This document shows, in pieces, positions 38,836 through 52,720 of a DNA stretch of 64,000 nt. A program made the translations under genes and the position numbers. Position 1 is the stretch's first letter. The number at the start of each line of letters is the position of its first letter. Under the pieces are notes generated by a model. That model made no database searches, had not been told where the DNA came from, and worked only from the letters and a program-made list of their open reading frames with translations. The DNA is from Epiperipatus broadwayi (taxonomy: Eukaryota > Animalia > Onychophora), in NCBI GenBank assembly GCA_028023455.1, contig JAQFVV010000005.1, positions 8,928,001-8,992,000 of the forward strand. The letters are read 5' to 3'.

Positions 38836-41538
38836 TCTCTGTATTGTAACAGTACAAATCATGTTCAGTGGTAAACTTGGGGGTGGTGGCAATAATCACC
38901 ATCCCTACATCTAATACTCAAAATAAGTATAAATATAATGAACATAAGAGATCAGCAAAGAAAAAAAACTAACTATAAGTTTACCAGCATTAAATGAAAG
39001 TAATAATCATTCATCATCAAAAAAATAAAATCAGCAGTCAATATCATGACTGGATTTGAAACTGGTCCACTATAGACCAGGTTAATTATTTAGCTACTAT
39101 CAAACTAAATGCAGAAGTATAAAAAATACTTTGGATGTACATTCTCATGTGTTAATCCATCCAAATACAACATTAAAAAAATAATGCTGAGATACTAAAA
39201 CATGCTAATCATCAACACCCTGACCACTTAGTACTATTAATGTTCTGGCCAACTATAAAGTTAATTTCAAATTGTAAAAACTGTAAATGAAATCTAGTGC
39301 ACAGACTTTAAAGGTGGTACCTTTGCACTAACCAGGATCATCTAGATGTCCAAAACTCAAATCATAAACCCCAATCCATATAACACCCTTATGAATGAAT
39401 CCAGCTCAGAGAGTAAGAGTTCTAGAACTGTTACTGTGAGCAAAAAATAAAACTAACATATTTTAAACTTATCTTAATTTTAAATAAGTTTACTGGAAAG
39501 ACAATGGAAATAGCAGTGTATTACTTGGAAACAGTAAAATGAAAGGTCTGTAGAGTACACTATGAATACATTATTCTGATTTTGTTTGAAATAATAATAA
39601 TAATAAAAAGCTATCACAATGTAATTTACAAATATTTCAAGATGTTTACATGACACATTATATAAAAGCACACAGACATGCTGTAATGTATTTGAATTGT
39701 CATACAATAAAAAAATAAGATTCATTTTAATAATACATAAATGATTAATTTTAATATATGTGGTATACATTCAAATATGTGTACATACTGGTGTTTATAT
39801 TCTAATGATATTTATTAGTTAATAAATAAACTTATTAAATAAAATATTTTTATTATTAATAATTACTTTTACTGAATAATACAAATTTAAAAGGTTCCTT
39901 TGAAAATTCTGCATAAAAGTTTCTTTTCCTTTTTTATTAAAATTACTGTTAATTGTAACCATTTTTACAAAGAATTGCTAGAAAGTACTTTTGTTTTCAT
40001 CTCATATATAGAGTCTTTCCCTTTTAATAAATAAAACTGAAAGTGTTATTATTATTTTTTTTTTAGTTGAATAATTTAATCAGTTATTTATCTTTAAAAG
40101 CAGCTGATATCTATATCTACTTTATATACATGATGCAGTATCTTTGTGTGTACTCTGCATATACATAAAAGAGCATATGCATCAAATCATATCACAGTAA
40201 TCCTTCAGTAAGCTGACTAACACAGGAATCTCTTGATAAGCTGGTCCCTTATAATCATGTCCATAGTACAGTATAATGTCCTATTGACTGGAAAGTTTTA
40301 AATCAGTTAACTCTTGACATTCAGTCAGCTACATTCAGTTTATAATTTGATAGACTTCAGGCAGGCAAACCATGTGGTACACATATGAGTTTAAGAACCA
40401 CAGGAAAAAAGGGCCATTACTTTTATGTGAATCCAAACTCTACCATCATGAACTAGCAGTATCTGGATACACCATATTTTGCCTTCAGTTATAACTTCAT
40501 AATAATAATGCTGTAATGTAATGATCTTTTTTTTAAATCCATCTTTTTATAGCGTGTCATCGCATTTCAAAACATAATAATTAAGTTAAGTTTTCTTTGT
40601 AAAAAAAAATTAATGACTTTTCAATTTAAACCAAATTTTTATCTCAAAGTTTTCTTAACCCTTTGAACAACAGCAGATTGCACTAATTTTATCAAAAGCT
40701 TTAATTAAAAAAAGTTATTAATCTATAAATAGATAAGGGAATTTTATAATTACTGGTAATATCTATTGTAACATGAGATCAAGCTTGTTTTAATTATCAA
40801 AATTAGAATAAAACTTTAAATAGATCTCTTTAAATGTTTGATTTAAAATAAATTTATAACAATTTTAATTGAATATTAGATTATTATTTAATTCTTAACT
40901 ATTATTCCAGTGTACATTTTTTAAAATAAATATAAAAAAAAATTGTTTATGTTCATTTCTACTTTTCCTTTCGACATTAAATATATACATGCACACATAC
41001 TATTAATGTTGTTTTATGCCATGAGACACATAACTGTCTCAATATGTATTCATTATATATGTATATGTGTAGATAAGAGCAACCTTAAATAATTAACAGT
41101 CAGACAATGCCTTTTATAATTATCTTCTACAGATGATCTACTGACCAATAATTGGATGGGTTATTAAATTTTCTATCCTCATTTACTTAAGCAAAATTTC
41201 TGTCTATTCAGATTCCTATATTAGAAGTGATATGAGTATACTAACTATTACTCTACAACATCTTTCAAAAATATATCTATTTTAAATTCAATATTTCTCA
41301 TGAGTAGTGATAATCATAGAAAGTTGAAATGTTACATTGTATATGGGTATAAGAAAAAAATGTTGAAGCTAAAGTTAAGATTATAATAATAGTTATTTAG
41401 AATATGCACATTTAAAGGTATAATATTAATAGATTTTAATATCTTGGACTATAAATAATTTTGAGAAATATTTAAAAAATTTATTCTGTATTAGCATTGC
41501 TTATATAATTAATGAATTCCTTATTTTGTTTTATTTAG

Positions 41539-42283
41539 GTTGGTAATAAATCTCATCAAAAGAACTTCCTGTTTTCAAACATTTGAGGATGTTTGATTTT
41601 GTATCTATGAACAGAAACTGCACTTCAAAATTGGGTATATATGTGTGTGTATTCTTCCTATTAGCTCATTAAATTATAAGTCACAAGTTAAAGGTTAGTG
41701 AATGCTTCTAATAAAGAAAAGACCAGTTTAAAATTATATGAAAAAAAAATTTTAGTTTGTAGTTTATGTGAATACACAATTTCAACAAAACTCATTCCAA
41801 AGAAAAAATTATTAATTGTAATTCTGAACATCGCGCTATATAAAATAAATGTCTTGTTTAAATAAGGCTTCTCCTAAAAGTTTGCTTAAAAATACATATG
41901 GGAATTCATACTAGAGAATAATAGTTTTAATATACCTTCAGGAAAGTATGTCTTCTAAAAGAAAATGAATTTGAAATGGCAAGAAAGAATTCTTACTGGA
42001 AAAAATTTTTAATTGTAGCTTCTGTAATTACAAGACTGGAATAAGCCACTTATAACTTCGTGAATGAACTGATGTTGGAGAAATGCTTTTATAATTACAT
42101 TTCTGCTTGGAATTATCATTTTAAAACAATATGAAAGAATTCATACTGGAAAAAAAAACTAATTTTAATTATAATTTCTATAAATACAAGCTTAATCAAA
42201 AATGCAAGAACTTATAACAGGACAAAACATTTTTCAATATAAGCTTTTGTAATGGTTGGGAATTAAAGAACTGTTTATAAAGC
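41539..42283 (+). pseudogene. Degenerate upstream fingers of the C2H2 array
   Basis: Candidate splice acceptor ttttatttag at about 41529-41538. Broken repeats include KIHMGIHTRE, FNCSFCNYKTG and KQYERIHTGKK. Confidence 0.65.
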
Positions 42284-42907
42284 ATGAAGAAATTCATACT
42301 AGAAAAAAAAAGTTTTGGTTGTAGCATTTGTGATTACAAAACTTGTCAAAAACGTTATTTAACACAACATGAAAGAATTCATAGTGGAGTAAAACCCTTC
42401 AATTGTAGATTCTGTAATTACAAGTCTAATTATAAATGTAATTTAATAGTACATGAAGTTATTCATAATGATGAAAAACCTTTTAGTTGTAACTTTTGTG
42501 ATTATAAGACTTTGCAAAAACAATATTTAAAACGACATGAAAGAATTCATATTTTTCGAAAACTTTTTGAGTGTAACTTGTGCAAATTTAAAACTGTTTT
42601 CAAATATAAGATAAAGGCACATGAAAAAACTCATAGTGGAGAAAACTTTTTTCAGTGTAGTCTGTGTGGTTATAAAGTGACTTTTCAAAATACTTCAACA
42701 AATCATAAGTGTAATATTTATATAAAACATAATTCTGACATGTTGAATCTTAATAATCAACGAAAACACATAAGTGAAGCTTGTACTGCAATATTTAAAT
42801 GTCATTTGTGTGAGTATGAAGATGCAAAGAAAAATGTTTTGGAAAGTCATGAAACTAAGCATTTCATTTATAATATTACTATTGAGATTCTTATTCAATT
42901 GATTTAA
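42284..42907 (+). CDS. C2H2 zinc-finger array (four intact fingers, one degenerate, one C-terminal); probably the open 3' part of a pseudogene
   Basis: CSICDYKT..K.YL..HERIH-SGVKPF-CRFC...H...H-NDEKPF-CNFC... The annotated ATG lies out of frame within an upstream HEEIHTR linker. Confidence 0.8.
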   Translation: MKKFILEKKSFGCSICDYKTCQKRYLTQHERIHSGVKPFNCRFCNYKSNYKCNLIVHEVIHNDEKPFSCNFCDYKTLQKQYLKRHERIHIFRKLFECNLCKFKTVFKYKIKAHEKTHSGENFFQCSLCGYKVTFQNTSTNHKCNIYIKHNSDMLNLNNQRKHISEACTAIFKCHLCEYEDAKKNVLESHETKHFIYNITIEILIQLI

Positions 42908-42999
42908 ACATCTTTGTAAAGGTGATTATTGGAAATTTATTACAATTAAATGCAACAATGTTTATTCCATATCAGCAATATTGTTTCTTCATTATTATA

Positions 43000-43930
43000 T
43001 AATAAAACATTTTTTTTTTACAAAATTACAAGGAGAAAAACAACAAATAGAAAAAAAAATTAAATTAATGACAATCTATTTGAAAAGATCTCATCAGAAC
43101 AGTGATGCTTTTTGTGAAAATGTAATGGAATTGTTTATTGAAAAATTTGTTGAATAGTCAAATTTATATCTAAATTTATATTGAACTACACATATTTAAT
43201 ATCTGCATTGTTGCCCTTTCCTTTTTCTGATTGATTATCAAATCTTACTTGAATCTCTATTTCACTCATATTTCATGTCATTTTCCTCTCATGTATCTTT
43301 AGTATCCATAGTTTATTTTTTTTTTAGTGACTTGAAGAAATTAAGACGCAATGATGTAGCTATTTTTAAAAGTCCATTAACATGCAAATGTTAAATAGAT
43401 AAAGTTATTTATCCATTGTTCATGTATTTGTTATTTACTATAAGGCTAGTAATGATAAGACATAAATTCATTAATAATTGTCCATGAAAAACTTTTAAAA
43501 GAAAAATTTAATCATGATTTCTATTTTTTTTAAGACTTCCATTGTACAGCAACTGACTCATATTAACCTTTTTGAAGTTAGATGCTTTTATATATAATTT
43601 TTATGTCAGATGTAATGACAGTATGTAGCTCATGGAGATCAAGATTGAACTCTGAGCAAATTTTAACTTTTTTTTCATGATCTTTTATTATCTGTATCAT
43701 TAGAATGAATAATAAAGAATAAGAATGAAGAACATGATTTTGAAAAGTTCCAGCATATATTTATAAATTTCTGTTAATATCAATGATTATTCTTGACACT
43801 TGTTCAAAAAATATATGCATATGTAATTTTGATTTAGAATGCCTTTTTAAAGCACATTACAAAATTAAATTGAGTAAACAAAAAATATTTAATTCTAAGA
43901 GAGTATGTAACTTTCTTATACTCAATGTTT
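43000..43930 (-). pseudogene. Probable hAT transposase relic
   Basis: Heavily decayed minus-strand remnants (..ISLVSK.LQ.., ..IRKRKGQ) resembling hAT central regions. Confidence 0.35.
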
Positions 43931-43974
43931 CTTGCATAAGTAGAAGTATTTGAATTCAGGATTTTTCAGATCAT

Positions 43975-44395
43975 TTATCCTCCATTCCATCTCAAGCAAC
44001 TGATAAACCACACATGAAAAAGATACATGATCCTGAATATACATATTTCATGCAGAACCAGCACTCATCAGTTGGGTTAGATCATAATCTTCCACACATA
44101 TATACAATCAGTGCTCAGTGTACAATAAGATAGCAATTCCTCAAACCTCAATGGACAGGCTTCGATCTTCTCGCCTTCCAGCTAATCACCATTCATTTAA
44201 TTGAAAAACAGATATTGATTGTCTATATGTATATGGGATTATGTCTGGCCCAACCGATGAGTGATGGTTCTGCAAGAAATATTTACATTGCGAATCATGT
44301 ATCTTTTTTGTATGTGTGTAGTTATGTGTCTCGATTGCTTGAGATAGAGTGGAGGAGAGTGAAAAATTCTGAGTTCCAATCCCTTTACTTACATA
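43975..44395. mobile_element. Diverged R1 subfamily copy, two inverted arms
   Basis: Minus-strand hammerhead cccaa CTGATGA gtgc-tggttct-gcat GAA ATATGTAT A at about 44033-44078; degenerate plus-strand copy at 44249-44292. Confidence 0.75.
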
Positions 44396-45739
44396 TATGA
44401 AAAATATTTAAATAAAAAATTACATAAAGTATTTTAAATAAATACATCACTTTTCAAATAAATAAATACATTATATATTCATTTTAAAAAATACATTTCT
44501 CATTTTTTATTAAATAATATCAATTTATAATTTTTCTTTTTAGATAAAGTAAATACAGTCATCTAAATTTCAAGTATATTAATTACACTGGTATTCAAAT
44601 AATGAAGTTTTAAATTTTAAGATAGAAAAGAATGAATATTCATGCACATACTCAAATTTTCATTATTAAACACTAAAAGCTATTTTTTGTACCTACATTA
44701 AACATTCATAAATATTTATACATTTAAAATATATTTAAAATAAATATGGGTGTATATAAAATATCAAAATATAAAATGTATATGAGTTTAAGCTAATATG
44801 TTTATTAACAAAAAAAATACTAATACTTAGGTTCATTTGATTGTGAATAAAAATTGTTATAATATATATTTAAAATGAAAAAGATTATATAGATTCAGTG
44901 GTCAATTGCTATAAGGTAAGAAATTTATTTATATTGTAACTTTGAAATAAGCTAATAGAAATTTAAACTATATACCACTAAATCTAGATCAGTATCTATA
45001 TTTTCCAAAAAATATATTAAAATCTCATTTCGTATGGAATTGCGATTAACAATGACTTATAGGTTCTACTTTTACATAAAATATAATACTATTTTATACT
45101 TTAAAAAATATACAAAATTTGAAATAAATAAATTTCTCTGGGTATTCAGTATATGTTTGATACTATTGTTAATAAATTTTTAAGTAAATATAGTTATTCT
45201 TTAATAACCATATTTTACAAAAAGAAAGAATAATTAATATAAACTATTCCAGTAATGATAATTTTTGTTTTTATATGAAATTATATCAAGGTCAAAACAG
45301 TATGAGCTTAAATGAAAGAGTGAAAATTCATAAAAGTAGAGTAAAAAATAAGTATATTGTTACTGCAATATATATCTGTGAAAGAAATGTAGGCTATGAT
45401 GGATATGTTTTTTTTAGAAAAGAATGACATAGCTATTAGCTTATTTGAGTTCTTTTCATATTAAAGATAATAGTAATGTAAATGAGAATTATGGAAAATT
45501 TATTAAATATATATTTGTGCCACATTTGTGTTCCTTTGCATTGAGAAGTCTGTCTTTGCAGGGAAACTGATTGATTGCTACTTTTTAAATTTTGCCTTAT
45601 TTTTTTAATTCTGAGTTCGATGTCATTTGTTTATTTTTGTGACTAATTTAGCCTTTGCTATTTTATATTTCATAAAAATATAAAAGTATTAAGATAAAAG
45701 TTGAATAAATTCAAAATTTTATTTTTAATAAAACTAAAG

Positions 45740-46142
45740 ATGAAAAGAATTAGTGAGTTTAATTTGCAGGCAATTGCAAGGATTTAAAAATTACTATGTC
45801 TGAAACAGATAAATCAATTTGATATTGATGGAATTGAATTATTTGAAAAAATGAAATTGTTTACTATTCTTAAGAAAGTCCAATATTGATCTGTACAAAG
45901 TTCTTAATTTATTTCTGAATCAAAATTTTAACAGAAACATCAGCCTATGTATATTAGTAACAATACCAGAATCTGTTAAGCTGATTTTTTTCTAAATTAA
46001 AAATTACTAAACAACACCAATGACAAAAACTACTTGTAGAAATAGCAATATTCATCAATAGAACTTTTTTTGTTAAAAAAAGAGAACGCACCAACACAAG
46101 TAGGGGTTGGGAGGGGGGGGTGGTGGGTTGGTCCGCCCCCGT
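45740..46142 (+). mobile_element. hAT 3' remnant with G-rich subterminal region
   Basis: DIDGIELFEKMKLF resembles hAT C-terminal regions. G-runs at 46086-46122 end in GGTCCGCCCCCGTG, which resembles CAGGGGCGGA-type TIRs. Confidence 0.45.
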
Positions 46143-47793
46143 GCTATGAGATATAAAAAGAACAAGAATTAACAAAATTTGAATTTAGAAAAAAAATCAT
46201 TACAGATTTTGCATGCAAAAAATTTAGAAAAATATATATTACATTTTTTTTAATTATTATTACTTTTATCATTACAAATTATAAACTTTACATATTATTA
46301 ATTATAAAAATTGTAGAAAAAAAGAAAGGAATTATATTGTGACATGCACAGTCATCATTTATTATCTCTCTATAGTTTGCAGATAAATCAATAAAAAGCA
46401 ATTATAAATCATTTGTGTTTAATAAATATATTTGAATTTAGAATGAGTGAATGATTTATTTATTAAAAATAAAATATTTTAATATTGAATAACTGGACTT
46501 TATTAAGATTAAAAGAAAGAAAAAATTTATGTTTGATGAGCGAAAGAATGTGCTATTGCTAGGTAACAAAAAAGCTCAGGAAAATTAAGACATATATTTT
46601 CTTTGGAAAGATTTTGTTTATTTTACTTACTTTTTATCAACATTCTGTGGAATTTGATAGAAACTATAATGTACTATGAATAGAAAGTATATAGGATGGG
46701 GAAAGCATGCATTCTCTTTAATTAATATCTGCCCAAATAAATGAGATAAACAACAACAAATAATATGCTGATTGTCTGATGCCATTGAATCTTTGTTTTT
46801 GATATGAATCACAGTGTGTATAAAAGGGAAGTCATTGGACATTATCTAATAATAATGCCCATGAAATCCTACGTCATTGCTTATCATCATAGGAATGTTA
46901 TAAGAAAACATCGCAGGAGAATGGAACTACAATCTGAATGTTAAATGTTGATTTTGATAACGAACGCTAATAAATAAATATTTTTTAAAATTACCTATTC
47001 AAATAACTTACTTATCTTTAATAGCCAAAAAAATAATATCACTGATAGAGATCTATCCAGTTTTTTTTTCTTTTAAAGTTTAAATTATTAATGCAGTCCA
47101 TATTATTTGGTGTGCATTTAATTAATAAATCAAGTAAATAAAACTTACATTGATTATTGGTGTAATATTTTGTAAAACAAATCAAAATTAAAAACAGTTA
47201 ATATTTAAGATATAGTTTAAATATATAAAATAATCATTATAATGAAGGCATTACTTGATTTAAGATATAAGAAATATTAAAAAAATTAAAAAGAGAATTT
47301 TATATTGTGTGAAAGATTGTGTATTTTAAGCTTTTTCTGAATATGCATGTTTAATGATCGTTAAATATAGATCTCATTTGGCAATTGCAATATCTGGCAT
47401 AGACGGATTATAATTATACAACTGATTACATTATATTGCAATTATTAAAATTAAATTAGTGTTGTTTATTTTAATAAACTCAATGAGTTGATATTTATCT
47501 TAATAAACTTATATTTTATTGTTAATCTTGGCATCATTTGATTTACCTATTACATAAATTACATTATTTCTAAAATATCTAGTCATATATATATATATAT
47601 ATTCACTCATAAGATAATAAACTATTTATTTATTGGGACATTTTTTTCTTTGCCAAACAAAAATACTTAACACATTGATTCATTGGCATCTTATAAATTC
47701 AAGAATATTATAATGCAGATTTAGATTATTAAAAATTCATTTGTGTTGCATGAAAACAAGTAGTTTTAATCATTACCAGAGGAAATCCATTAC

Positions 47794-48064
<271 letters not shown>

Positions 48065-48279
48065 TCTCTTTCTCCTTCTCATAACTATCCATTACATTTT
48101 TTGTTTGTCCAAATCTGTGAGGCATACTACCCACTATCCATTACAATATGTTTGTTTTTTAAACATACAATAATTACATTTTTTGGTTTGTTAATAAATT
48201 TTGAAGACAACAACAGAAAAGGAAGATATTAACAAGTTTACCTGAAGATGGCATATAACATTGATTAAAATTGATATTT

Positions 48280-51200
48280 CCAGGGGTAACCTGATCTGAA
48301 TAAGCATCAAATGTTTCATTTAAAAAGAAAAACACTTAACATGGTGGTGTAACCAAAAATCTATTTACTTACATTAAAAATAGACAAACAGATATAATTA
48401 TTCATCTTTACAACTAGCTTATTAGACAATCTTTATATAACTTTATAAATTTATAACTTGTAAAAAAACACACTATTTCTCACTAGATACAATAGTTGGA
48501 TCTATACGCTTCTGCATACATCTGTATAATCTTTTGAGGCTTTTATATTCTTGAGATTAATTTTCTACAATACTCAGTCAATGGGGAGAATATTTAATTT
48601 CTTAACTAATTTTATAAAAATACATTTTATATAAACATAAAGTTATTTTACAAGTACACATGTAATATTATTTTATTAGTTAAGTAGTACTCTCACTGTA
48701 AGAGAATCATCGGATTGTTTAATTACAGACAGTCTAAATCACTTCCATCTCATTTCTTACTTGTCTCAGTGGTAGAACAGGTTGTTCTTCCTCCACTGTA
48801 TTTTCTCTGCCATTTTCATCAATCTAATACCTCTGGTGATTCATCAAGATAGTTATTTCTTCTGAAGGGATCAGATTTTATAAGCTCAGCCCTGGGCCTA
48901 TCTTCCTTATGATTGTGTACCAGCATAGTCATTTTCTATCATGGAACCAGTTTTTTTGCTAGGAACACATTCACTCTTTTTCTAATTTGAGTAACTCACT
49001 TTGATTTCTTAAATGGTTTACGGATTTGGACTTCATTTTCATAAGTCAGCTATAACATTCTTAGTTGTCTCGAATATTTTTGACACAACTGTGATTCATT
49101 ACTGTTTTTTCATCATTTCACATAACCATATTGTTTCATCTATATTATATTTTTCTATGCCTAGTTTATTTTTCTTGATCTGATTATATATGAATCCAGA
49201 AATTTCAGTTTATCATTTTTTCAGGCATCTCCTAGTAGCTGTGATCAGTGTAAAAATGTTGGAAAAACATAGTGGGTGTTACAGCTTTGTAAATATTATT
49301 ATACTCGGTTTTATTAAAAGTTTGCTTCAACTGCTGCACTGCCTTCTTAACTAGTCCATTTGATTCAAGAATGGTAAAACATTCTGGATTCTGTTAGTAA
49401 TTAAAAAATATTTAGTTGCAATGAAACCAACCTGGATCCATTGTCTGAAGTAGTCATTTTTGGAAACTCATGACACACAGATAGTTCATTTAATATTAGT
49501 ACAGTGTCCACAGTTCTTGTACTTTTAACTACTCTACATTTCCCCCATTTTGAATGAGTCAATGCCTATTAACAAAATATGACAAATTGAAAGACCCTGC
49601 ATGATTCATTTGTATTCATTACCATGGTTTAGTGACTTATGGTAGTGGATGGTTCCTATTCCTTCGAGGATAGCCTAGCTAGAGATTGATAAATATTGCA
49701 GTAACCAGGATCAACTTTTGTCCATTTGGCCACAACTTCATTATTTAAAACACTCAATTTCATCAAGTCTATAATTTATTTCAGTGGCCTGTTGCTCATA
49801 CTCTTGCACATGTGGCTTTCTAGACAATGTGTTGGCATGACCAATTTCTTTTTTTGGCTTATACATGAGTTCAAAATCATAAGATACTAATATATTCATT
49901 GACTTGATCATCTACTGATTTGCATTATCCATAGAATGCTTTTGAATTTCTAATATTTTTAATAGTGTTCTATAATCATATATTGGTAAAACTTTTTAAC
50001 CACAAATACAATCCCCATGTCTTACTTATCCAACTGACTATAGTTCTTGCCAACTGCTGATAAAGTGATGGAAACTTATGCAATTAAGCATTCTCCATAA
50101 ACCCAATGCAAAATAACTTCTCCAATTCTATATTAGAAGCATCTGTGATTGCAATTACATGTTGGTCATCTCTATAATGAACAAGAAATTGACTCAATAT
50201 TAACAAGTATTTCACTTTATTAAAAGTGATATCTTAAAACAAGCAAAACTCTATACAGTAGTCAGAGTAGTCAATGGATGCAAGAAGGTTTGTGCATAAA
50301 ATCCCTATCCAGTGCCTACTCATCCAATATCCCCAGACTAGATTCTAGCTTGTGGCTTTCATCAGTGAGGAGCCTTGAATCTGAGAGCACTGCACTTACT
50401 AATGTGACAAGCTAGAATCTAGTCAGGATATTGGATGAGTAGGCACTGGATAGGGATTTTATGCACAAACCTTGCATCCATTGATTACTCTGGCTTGCAC
50501 TGAGTGGTTTAACTTGTTTTAACAGCTTGAGAAAGCATAAGAAATGGTGATCATGTGATATTAAGTGATATCTTGTTCAAGTTCCCATTTCTATTGCTGT
50601 TTAGTAAATCATATAATGAAGTGTCTGCATAAAATTTTCCTTAAAACTCTTGAAAAAGTTTCACAATCCAAAAAATGCTTGCAAGTCCTTCTTATTTTTA
50701 AGTTTGCATGCATTTTTGACATCTCTCATTTCTTCTGGGCTCAGATTCTTCTCTTCACAGTTATTCACATGCTTTAAAAATTCAATTTGCTTTAGGCACC
50801 AAATACACTCCATGATATTTAGTCAATGCTCCAAATTTCATGCACTTAATGTATTCTCCATTTCTGCTATTATTAAAATATCAAGGTAGAGATTTAATCC
50901 ATCCTGTGTAATAACTAATCCATCTTATCTTAATACATATTCAGGCAATAGTAATTAATCGAGTAATTACTTATATCCAAACAATCCCAAATGGGTTACC
51001 ACAAAAAGTTCTTGTAGTTACTGGAAGCTGATGAAAAGCAGACTGTTGAACAATCTTCACAAAATATTATGCTTTTTGCTGCAATGCTAAAACTTATTGA
51101 ACATGAAGTACAGCATAAACTCCTTTGCTAATATACCTTATTCGGGATTAAGCAAACTGGACCATCTAATTTTAATAGTACTGTAATGGGCATTGCTTAT

Positions 51201-52720
51201 GGTGCCTCTTCAACAAATATTATTCCTCTAATAAATCTTCAAGTGTTTCTTCCATTTTGGTTTTCAGTGCAAAAGAAACCATTATAGGATCGCAAACAAC
51301 AGGTTGTGCATTTTCCCATTAATTCAACATTAATCAGTTGTATATTTATATCTGAAAGATCTGACTTTACAGGTATAAAAACTTTTTAAAAAGCTGACCA
51401 ACTATATTCATTTAATTATTTTTATTCTAATATCCAATTGGCTAAACCAATTTCTGCCTAGATTTGGGTTTAAATCAGATAGATTTTCAGCTCATTTACT
51501 TTCATCAGCACTCTTGCTATTCTTGTATTTCTATATAATTTCATTTAAATCTTACTGTTAAATCAGTTTTAACTATTATTAAATTCCCCCCTTTTTTCTT
51601 TGTGATATTTAATCAATCTCTTTGTGACAAAAGAGACACACCTTCCCAGATGTCAATCTCTATTCTGACTATTCACAAATACAAATATCCATGTGATTAT
51701 TGTTATTAATTGTCTTTTTGATATCAATTTCTTTTTTACCATCCCCTCCCCTAGATTTACAATCCAGTAGTAAATTGTCTTTTTTCCCCCTGCTTTTTAA
51801 AACAAACTTGAAACAAATGACTCTCAGCATTACAATTATGACAGCAGTCATTTTTATATTTGCACTTATTTTATATATGTTTCTGCCCACTACAACAATA
51901 GCGTGTCTAAGTGCTATCTGCATTATCTTGCTTTGTTTTTTTATTTGCATTTTATTCACACTTATTTTCAGTTTTGTACTTGCATGCTGTTCTGAAGCTC
52001 AATTACATTTTTAACACAGCTTCATAAGCTATCCATTTTTCAATAGCACTTATATAATTGGACTGGTTTCACTCAACAAGAATTATCTGAGCTTGCTGTA
52101 AATCATCCACTACAACAGCTAGTCTAGAAACATTTTCAAGCTAGAGACTAAAGTTACACTTTTTGACAAGCATACACAATCTCACATTCTAATCTCTTTT
52201 TATGTGCTACTTCATGTTTAGAGGTAATAGGCTTGAAATGCCTGTTTAACTTTTCTTTTAATTCTTCATATGATACATTTTCTGGACTTTTAGATTACAC
52301 AGTTAGTTAGCCATTTGTAACACTTCATTTTCTGCTAACCACACCAATGTTTCCACTTTTCGTTTATTCTCAGCTATATTATTGATGAGCATATATCTTT
52401 TTATGTGTATGGCATAAATTTGCCATGCTGCTGCATTATTTACATCGAACTCGGTGATAAGAGCTATTTTGCAATTCCATCATTATTTCATTCATTATTA
52501 CACCCAAATGATATTAGTTTTTCTTTATGGACTCTTACTGATTTACTGGATTGTTTATAAGTTCCAGATAATTTTCTTTTTACTATTATACAGATTTTTT
52601 CACATTATTAACTGTGCAAATCTGTTATATCCAAGGATAACCCAACCACTATCAGATAAATAAGCATCAAATATTTCGATCAGAAAGAAAAACACATTTG
52701 GTGGTGAAACGTAAAAAAAT
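48280..52720 (-). mobile_element. Decayed Ty3/Gypsy retrotransposon (second family)
   Basis: Gag ITEFDV..AWQIY...AENKRKVETL; CCHC knuckle CHNCNAESHLFQVC; LGRNW; RNase H TDASN..YDFELMYKP..GHANTLSR; integrase remnants; about 85-bp direct repeats at 48280-48360 and 52625-52720 (possible LTR remnants). Confidence 0.8.
50236..50562. mobile_element. R2 insertion inside the Gypsy pol, two inverted arms, 12-bp TSD
   Basis: TSD AAGTGATATCTT at 50224-50235 and 50563-50574; minus-strand hammerhead at 50330-50371 (GAAA changed to GAAT). Confidence 0.9.

Noticed and set aside
46086-46122. G-quadruplex-capable tract
   Set aside because: Explained as the G-rich subterminal region of a hAT remnant; nothing points to a separate function.
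46600-47000. Possible spliced membrane-protein exons on the minus strand (ORF 46627-46842, GT-AG candidates)
   Set aside because: All frames contain stops and no homology was recognised. GT-AG pairs are frequent by chance in AT-rich DNA.
48238-48290. CTGAAGATGGCA... hammerhead-like start
   Set aside because: The GAAA box and stem II partner are missing; at best a dead remnant.
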